A stretch of DNA of 56,307 bases, from NCBI GenBank assembly GCA_008632985.1, contig QPGO01000028.1, positions 124,001-180,307 of the forward strand. Reading direction: 5' to 3'. Under the pieces are notes generated by a model that was given only the letters and a program-made list of their open reading frames with translations, ran no database searches and had not been told where the DNA came from. Positions 49,098 through 56,307 of the stretch are shown here, one piece after another (within the stretch, counting starts at the first letter, position 1; each line of letters begins with the position of its first letter). Made by a program: the position numbers and the translations under genes. The stretch comes from Psammoneis japonica. Taxonomy: Eukaryota.

Positions 49098-50522
49098 CAA
49101 TTGCCGGCCGGCCTCCCACTTCCAGTATATTCCTACAGCCTCTACGGAGACTTCGGATTATTGTATGCTAAATTTTACGGGGCGGAGCTTTTTCAACGCA
49201 TGGGTCCAAATCTGTATAATACTACAAATTGCAAGACAATTGCGCGATTCACGTGCCCGAAGGTGGAATATCGTTGCCCGAAGCAACATTCTCCCTTCGC
49301 GCAGATGTCAATTCTACGTATGATGTGGTATCAAAATTTTCATTTTGGTCGTCTAAATCGTCCCAGTCATTTCATCAAATGACCTTGTGGTACTCTCCTA
49401 CGTGATCTACGCAAATCGGAGCTTTGGGCTGGCTGGTACATTTTCTACAGGCTCTACGCGCGCGAAGCTCGAATTTCAACAATCACCCTTCGGGCACGTG
49501 AATCGCGCAATTGTCTTGCAATTCGTAGTATGCGCATGCACCGTGTTACAGCAGGGCCCTAGGGCCCTGCTGCATCTTTTCAAAAATCAACAATCAACAT
49601 CTGTCGGTGTCATCGATGCCATCCACACCTGTGCGTTGTAAGGTATGTCGCAATGGTGTGTGCCTGCTTTTTCTTGCTCCTCTTGTCGTTGTCAATGTTG
49701 GCTTGATCTGCCGTTCTCTTCTTTGGTGCGTGCTCTTTTGTCGCTTTTTCTGATTTTGCCATGAGCTCCGTTCTGAACGCTGCTTTTGCACTCCCCATCG
49801 CTCTTTGGTCTGTAGTTTGCTTTCTGCATTTTTGGTGTTCGGCTTTGGCTCGGGCATGGACAACCTTTTTCACGAGATTCTTCCATGTGTGCTTCAGTGA
49901 TGCAACTGTCATCCGTTTGCTGCTGTTCTCTTGGGCTGTTTTCAAGAAGGAGCGCCACAAAGCCTTGTCTCCCATTGCGGCACCTTCTCCATGCAGAAGT
50001 CAAGAAAATCATTGCCACGATGTTCAAAAGCTTTTGCGTCACAGCATCCCCGCATCTGACGCAACAGTGTCTTTGCAACTGCAAAATGAGGTTTGGAAAC
50101 CAAGGTGAGCCAACCCATGTTTCGACTTTGTTCTCCACGTGAATGACAGTTGCTCACACAATCACAGTCCAATGTTGCTTTGTTGTGTGGCTCAGTGCGA
50201 TCAAGATGAGAGAAAACAACGAATGCGTCCGATTGTGAAAGATGGAATGAGGAGCCAGCTGTCACGTGCCCACAGGGTTCTGTCACAGTGCTGCAAATTC
50301 ACAAACAAAACAAAGTGGCTCCGATGGTGCTTGCATCCATTTCGTTGTTCCGTTGACAGCAACATCGATGCTGATTGTCAAGTGCCATTGTGGTGCAGTG
50401 GTGTGCAGAAAAAAATCAAAAATTTCGAAAAGCTCCGCCCCGCAAAATTTGGCATGCAAAAACTCAAAGTCCCTGCTGCCGATGCACAATCATGCTGAAA
50501 ATGGGAGGCCGGCCGGCAACTG
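49098..50522. mobile_element. DNA transposon relic with ~100-bp imperfect terminal inverted repeats
   Basis: CAATTGCCGGCCGGCCTCCCA...GGGGCGGAGCTTTT on the left vs its reverse complement at ~50428-50522. No clear TSD. Confidence 0.7.
49222..49528. mobile_element. Nested Tc1/mariner-type MITE, ~42-bp TIRs, TA TSD
   Basis: TA|CTACAAATTGCAAGACAATTGCGCGATTCACGTGCCCGAAGG ... CCTTCGGGCACGTGAATCGCGCAATTGTCTTGCAATTCGTAG|TA, one mismatch. Confidence 0.85.
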
Positions 50523-50881
50523 ATCTGACGCTAATTGAACAAGGACGAATCATTGAAGCCTGCGGCGGAGCCCACGCAGCCCTGCCTGTCCTGTTGTCCT
50601 GTTGTTTGACCATGTGTCCATGATGTGAAGATCGCCGGCCTGTCGTCCTCCCTCTGTCCGTCCATCCACGTGACAGTCTGGTGGTCTGGCCATCTGTTGA
50701 GCAGTCCAGTGGTGTGGCATGTGGTGTCAACCAATTGTTCTTCCTGCTCGGTTCATGCTGCCATAATTTCCAATTGCACATTTTCCACAAGACAAGGATG
50801 ATTGTTCTTCACCCCATTGAGGACTGTTTCTGATCTGAGACTGGCAGAGTTCAGCTGAAAGTTTTTGTTCGCCCGTCTCAT

Positions 50882-51115
50882 GGCCTGTTCCAGCTCCACC
50901 TGTCCCAAAAAGGTGTGAGATCCATCGCTGGCCCATTTTTGCATTTGGCACAATGAACTCCTTCAAAATTGATGTTTCCCAAATCATTTTTTTATGTGCA
51001 CTCACCTTTCAATTTTCAAAATGATCAAATTGAAGCAAATCAATGTGCCAAGCTGTGCAGGAAATCGGCATGTGTCGCACAATGGATTGCAGATCACCTG
51101 GATTTGGAACAGGCC
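50882..51115. mobile_element. MITE, family A, copy 2
   Basis: Termini GGCCTGTTCCA ... TGGAACAGGCC; homologous to 15560-15818. Confidence 0.75.
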
Positions 51116-53419
51116 TCCTCTCTGTGGACAATCAGAATGGTGGCTTGCTGCAGGACAGTCTGGGCATGGAAAGGTGGGTCACACACACATTCAAGCAACC
51201 CAGAGCTGGAGCTGGCCTTCATTTGACACAACCAAATGGCACAAAGAGGGTGCAAGAGAGAGGCTGTCTGATGCAGTGCTTTTTTTTAGCTGACGCTTGT
51301 GGGTCATTTTCTTTTCTTTGTTGTTTTCTCCAAGTTGTCAAGTGCTTTTGGAAGGTCTTTCCATTGGGCGTCAAGCCATTTTGCAACAATTCCTCCCTGG
51401 TTTGCAACATCACCACCTTGCATGCAATGCCTGGCCAGCTTGTCTTTGGCACAGCCAGGACACTCAATCAACATGCCAAAAGCACATTGCCAGCTGGAAG
51501 TTGCTTGGTCAAAGCACACAAACACAAATTGTGAACTGCTGCACAACAGCAGCCCACAGAAAGAGAAAAGGAGAAAGAGCAAAACATGAGAGTGCTGCTG
51601 GAAAGATGAGCAAGAGCAGCCACATGATGGCCAACATGCCAATGCCAAAGTGCTTGGCAGTGCTGGTGAGCAGCACTGCAAATCAGCTTCAAAACACCTG
51701 TTTGCTGCCAAAGCACAGACACTTCTGGCTGGCTGGTGCCATGCTGTCTGGAAGCGTCTGACAACTTTTGGGGCTGCAAGCAGTGGTGTGCTGAAAAATG
51801 ACATGTGTTCCAAGTCAAAAATGACACTGGCACAGCCTTCACTCAGTTTCTGAGCTGCAACCAAGCTCTCACCATCAAAAGAACAGATTCATTTGAACAC
51901 AGGAGTTTTGCAAGACTGGCAAGACTCACACCAGCATTGAAACACTGCTGTTGTTTTTGTGCTGTCAATGTTTTTCATTGTGACAAACATTGCAACACAT
52001 TGGATGACTTTTTGCAAAAATCTTGAGGACTCGCGCACCTTTGCTGTTTGGAGATTGACATGGGGCATTTGATTGCAGTGTTTTTCACCACATCCATTTC
52101 TTCAACTGCAGCAGAGGGAAATGCAGGGAAGGCTTGTTCCAGACTCAGGTGTGCACAAGCATGAAAAAATGACCATTTTTGCATGAAATGCAAAGTCCAA
52201 ACTCACTTTGCAGTGCTGCACCATTTTCAATTGCTGCAAAGGTTCACAGACAGACAGTCACATCCTGTGGCCACATTGTGCATGGCCCTGCATGATGTGG
52301 CCAGACATCTCAACACAACAGTGAGAACAGAGCCAGGATCAAATGCAATGCAGTGTGGCAATTGACACAAAAAACACATCTTTTCATTTGGAGCATTGTC
52401 CATTGAGGTGAATTGCATGGCACAGAAATGACACCCATCAGCGCCAACTCAAAGGTGTCTCTTTTCTGCATGCAATGTTGGTGCCATGTTCCCACACTGG
52501 ACAGCAGTGTCTTTGCATTGCCTCTTCAATCACCAATCACCGCAGAAAAAAAGAAAAGAAGTGCATGTTCTAACTTGGAGCAGCCCATGCACTTGCACTG
52601 TTGTTGCCACAGAGCTGCTCACACCAATCCATGTGTTTCACAGTGAGCAACCCCCTTTGACCTTTGGCTCAAAGTTTTGCTGAACAGTGTGGCACACTTG
52701 CCTTTTCTGCACAAGAGTGAGGCAGGCTGTTGCCAAAATGTGGCCCAAGCTTTTCTGCCCCTGTTGCCGGTGAGTGCCCTTGATGCCACCCATGGCAAAG
52801 AGACCTGAACAATGTGCAAATGTCTTCATCTTAATCTGCTGCATCTGTCTCTCATTGCCATGCACCTGTGTGCAGGTGCCACAGTGCAGAGGTTTGAAAA
52901 CCGCAAAGCTTCTTGCTCACGTGTCACCATGCAACAGCTGGCACAGTCCCAAGGACAAAATTTTTTTCCTCTCATCCTTTCATTGAGGCAGACAGCTCCA
53001 TCTGCTGCTGCCGTCATGCAAGAAGGAGCAAAAGATGGTGTAGAAAAAATTGTTGGACAAGATGAGAGACAGAAACGGCAGCAGCAAGAGAGGAACAGAA
53101 AAAGAAATGAAAGTGTGCTCACTGTCGTTTGAATCAAGCCATGCCAAATGGTGAAATTGAAAATCAATGGGACACGTGCATGACAGATTGGTTGACTGCA
53201 AGAAAAAACACAGACACATGTGTGCTCCAAAGTGTTGCAAGAAAAACAAAACTCTCACTGCTTGGGTTTGGAGTCAGTGGAATCAGCACAAGATCTTCAC
53301 CACCGGTGGACAAGTGCGCTGTTGAACTGGCCTTTGCTTTTGTTTCCTGTTCTTGTTTCAGCTTTGACATGATGCATTTTGATTTCTTTCTTTTTTTCTT
53401 GCAACTGTGCAGTTGCAGT

Positions 53420-54175
53420 CCACACCCATGAATGCAAAATGGGCTGCCAAATTGTTTGAAATTGGCGTTGCTTTTCAGAAAAAGGTTGTTTGTCCCCATC
53501 CCTGGGAAACTCATGTTGTGAAACTGCTTGACTTCAAGAAGCTTCATGGATGTTGTCAAGTTCCCTTGATGCATCCAGTGAGCATCTTTCAAGTGTTGTG
53601 AAGTTGTTGTGATGTTCCTTGTTTCTAATGGGTTGCATCTTTTCAAATCTCACGCATCATTTGCATTTCTCTTGAGTCTGATTCTTGCATCAACACATGG
53701 CCAAATCCTGAGCTCAGCATCTTGGCATTGTCTCAGCAGCAGGAAAAGCAAGCATTGGACAAGGGACACCCATCAAAACTGGACAGGGAAAGAGTCAAAA
53801 TTTTTCAGATTTTGGGATTTGTCTGTGATGCCAACTGGTGCAGTTGTGTCAGAAAGAATGGAGCTAAATGCACTCCTTGGAAAACCCATCTTGAAGAACT
53901 GATGGAGTTTAAAATGTGTCATGGCTGTTGTCAAGTTCCTTTCAAATGTGAGGCAAGGACCAGCAGTGACAAGAGAATGCTGTGATTGTGTTCAATGCAC
54001 CTCCTCTCTTTCTCTCACTGCTCACAAACACTTGGCCAAGTGTGCAACTTGGGCATTGGGTGCAAACTTGGTGCGGAGAAAGGAAAGCATTGGATGAGGG
54101 ACATTCACTGAAATTGGACACAAGAAAAGTCAAACTTCTGCAAGATCTTGGCTTTGTCTGGGAAGTTCAATGAGG
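53420..54175 (+). pseudogene. Decayed helicase-associated (HA) domain gene, at least two HA repeats
   Basis: WETHVVKLLDFKKLHGCCQVP, SKLDRERVKIFQILGFVC, WKTHLEELMEFKMCHGCCQVP and QLGHWVQTW...KLDTRKVKLLQDLGFVW match the HA pattern W..L..[FY]K..HG.C.VP..LG.WV..L..LGF.W. Intron-like interruptions start GTGAG. Confidence 0.75.
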
Positions 54176-56307
54176 TCCTCCAAAGAAATTTGACATTGAA
54201 GAGAATGTTGGTGGCCATGCAGATGGGAACATGCATCTGAGAGGCTCCTGCTCCTCAAGCAATGTGCCAGCTGCAATTGTCACTGCTGCTTCTGGAGAAA
54301 GAGTTGTGTCATCATGCTCTGCTTTGGGTGAGGTTGCATGGTTTCCTCCAAGATTCCAAGGGCCAAAGCCTTGCGAACCTGTTGCTTGGGTTCTGCCACA
54401 TCTTGAGAGCCATCCACACAATCAAGAGATGGCTCCACTGGCTTGTCCTCCTCCACAAGAAGTGAAAGTGAGTGTTGCTGCCAGCAACAGAGGACAACAT
54501 TGCTGCTGGCTGTCATCTTGTGCACCTCTGGGCATTGGAGTTGCATCCATTTGCATCCATGCCATGTGAGGATGCAACAACGTCAACCTGAAGTGAGGCA
54601 CGTTCCTCCACACCATTGCAAAGACCCACACTTGGATCAAGAGCATTCTTCAATGCCGCCATTTCACGGCAAATCATCACAACGGATGGTTGATCATGCT
54701 GTCCATGACAGGCGTGGGCTGTGCCAGCAAGAACCCCCTCCCTTCAAAAAAAGGCGAGGTCTGGAAAGGACGCAATGACGCTGCACAATTTCGAAACGGT
54801 TTGAAGGCAGAGCCACCGGCGACGTGTGGACGTGCTTTTTGACATGCACGCACGCACAGAAGCTGCTTCCTTTTCGCCATTTGGTGGAAGTGTGTGGCAA
54901 GATCGATGGGCAGTTGCAACACGGAAAGCAACCTCTGGCTCAGAGCTGGTCATGATGGACCACTTCACGCTAGACCAAATGCAGACCACGCTGGGCAGCA
55001 TCATGCACATTCACACAATCACTTGTGTTGTTTGTGCATCTGCAAACCACACTTGAATAAAATGTGTCCAACGGCCAAATGAGAACCACTGTGAAAACCT
55101 GCGAGTCACTCTGGCAGAGCAGCTTGCCTGCTCTGCCAGAAAAAACATGTGGATTTCTACGAGACTCGCAGAAGGCACAAAAAATCAGCAGCCAACGCGA
55201 GCAGCAACAGCCATCACTGCAATTGCAAAAACAAGAAACACACTCTCTGCAATGTGGATGACATGGCAAACAAGTGGAGGAGCAAGATGCGTGGGGCACT
55301 GGACTTCTCATTTTTGCACCAGTCAAGCGTTTGGATTCATCTGAAGGTGCCAAGAATCGCTTTTTGCCTTTGCTCAGCTCTGACACGCGATTTGATTCAA
55401 TCCATGTGGCCAAAGGCTTGGTTGATTTGTCAAGGAAAGCAATCAATGAGTCAATTGTCACAGGTTGTTGCAGTTGGTTAGAAGTTCTTTGCTTGTCAAG
55501 CAGAGAAATGGCTGGCAGCTGCAAGATGGTGAAAAATTTGGTGGACAAGCCAGCAGGAAATTGTTTTCAGACAAAGTGGTTGTTGGATGATGTGCTTGGT
55601 GGAAAGCCTTTTACAGAGAAATCCATTGCGACAATTCTTCATGAGGCAGAGGAAGTTGGGTCAGTGATGAAGGCACAGAAGACCAAAAGACGTCTTCGTG
55701 CTTGGGAGATTCAACCTGTCATGAATTCTCCTTGGAAAAAACAGCCAAGAACAAGCCTGCATTCTTCTGTGTCTTAATTTTGTAACAACATCTTTTAATG
55801 GAATGAAGTGTGCATTGTACAAAGATCTTGCAACATGTTTTCCTCACACACTTTGTGCTAAATTGCCAGGATGAATGAGTTGTGACTAAGGATTTAAATC
55901 AGCACAGTCAACAGATTGGTTCCACCCACATTGCATCCCACCAAACAGGTGACTGTTGTCCCATGGTGGGAGTTGATGGCAGAGTTGGTTGCCCTGCTGT
56001 GACATTGGCCACTGCTGTGACAGAGGCAATTGCAAATTCTGTGACAATTGGGACAAATTGATTGGGGGCACTCTTGCAACAGCCCCAGCATCCATCTCAC
56101 ACATCACATGACAGGAAGAGGACTTGTTGATAAACACAGTGATGGCACCAACTGTGAACAGACTTTTCTCAAAGTCAGGATCCACAGAAGCAGTCCCGGT
56201 CAGAAACGAGCGCTCCAAGCAAGTTTCGTGACTTCCTGAGTGCACCCAGAGATGTCGATGGATCACCACACCTGACATTTTTTTGGGATGGGTTTCTGAG
56301 ACATGGC

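Larger units (their letters stand above)
49650..56307. repeat. TpA/CpG-depleted block (block 7), runs to the window end
   Basis: TA nearly absent, TG/CA excess. Confidence 0.72.

Noticed and set aside
55064..55777. Possible decayed gene near the window end
   Set aside because: No recognisable motif; open frames are expected in TA-depleted DNA.
2681..56278. Hundreds of short overlapping Cys/His-rich ORFs in all six frames of the depleted blocks
   Set aside because: Loss of TA removes TAA/TAG stops and Tyr codons and inflates TGY/CAY codons; these ORFs are a compositional artefact, not metal-binding proteins.

Overview
Eukaryotic DNA, most likely from a pennate diatom. The evidence is an Lhcf fragment, a CoDi-like Ty1/copia element, short GT-AG introns and an HA-domain relic; there is one N gap. 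Ordinary host genes alternate with multi-kb blocks in which TpA is almost absent, CpG is usually scarce too, and TpG/CpA is in large excess. The host genes are a PVL/FG-GAP propeller, an SLC25 carrier, a secreted protein fused to an Lhcf fragment, GH28, a membrane FG-GAP propeller, CK1, a GT61-like pseudogene, a methyltransferase-like protein and a large SdrD-B/Cys-repeat protein. The main signal is a directional, post-insertion TpA->CpA/TpG hypermutation (A:T->G:C, both strands) of repeat DNA, the reverse of fungal RIP. A full-length copia element documents it: 11 of 12 substitutions between its LTRs are TA versus CA/TG, all with the CA/TG state in the 5' LTR, and conserved Tyr residues are systematically Cys/His. 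A second TIR pair and a tandem array show the same exchange, and a young unmutated insertion acts as an internal control. No enzyme that could cause it is recognisable in this window. All counts are manual and block edges are approximate.
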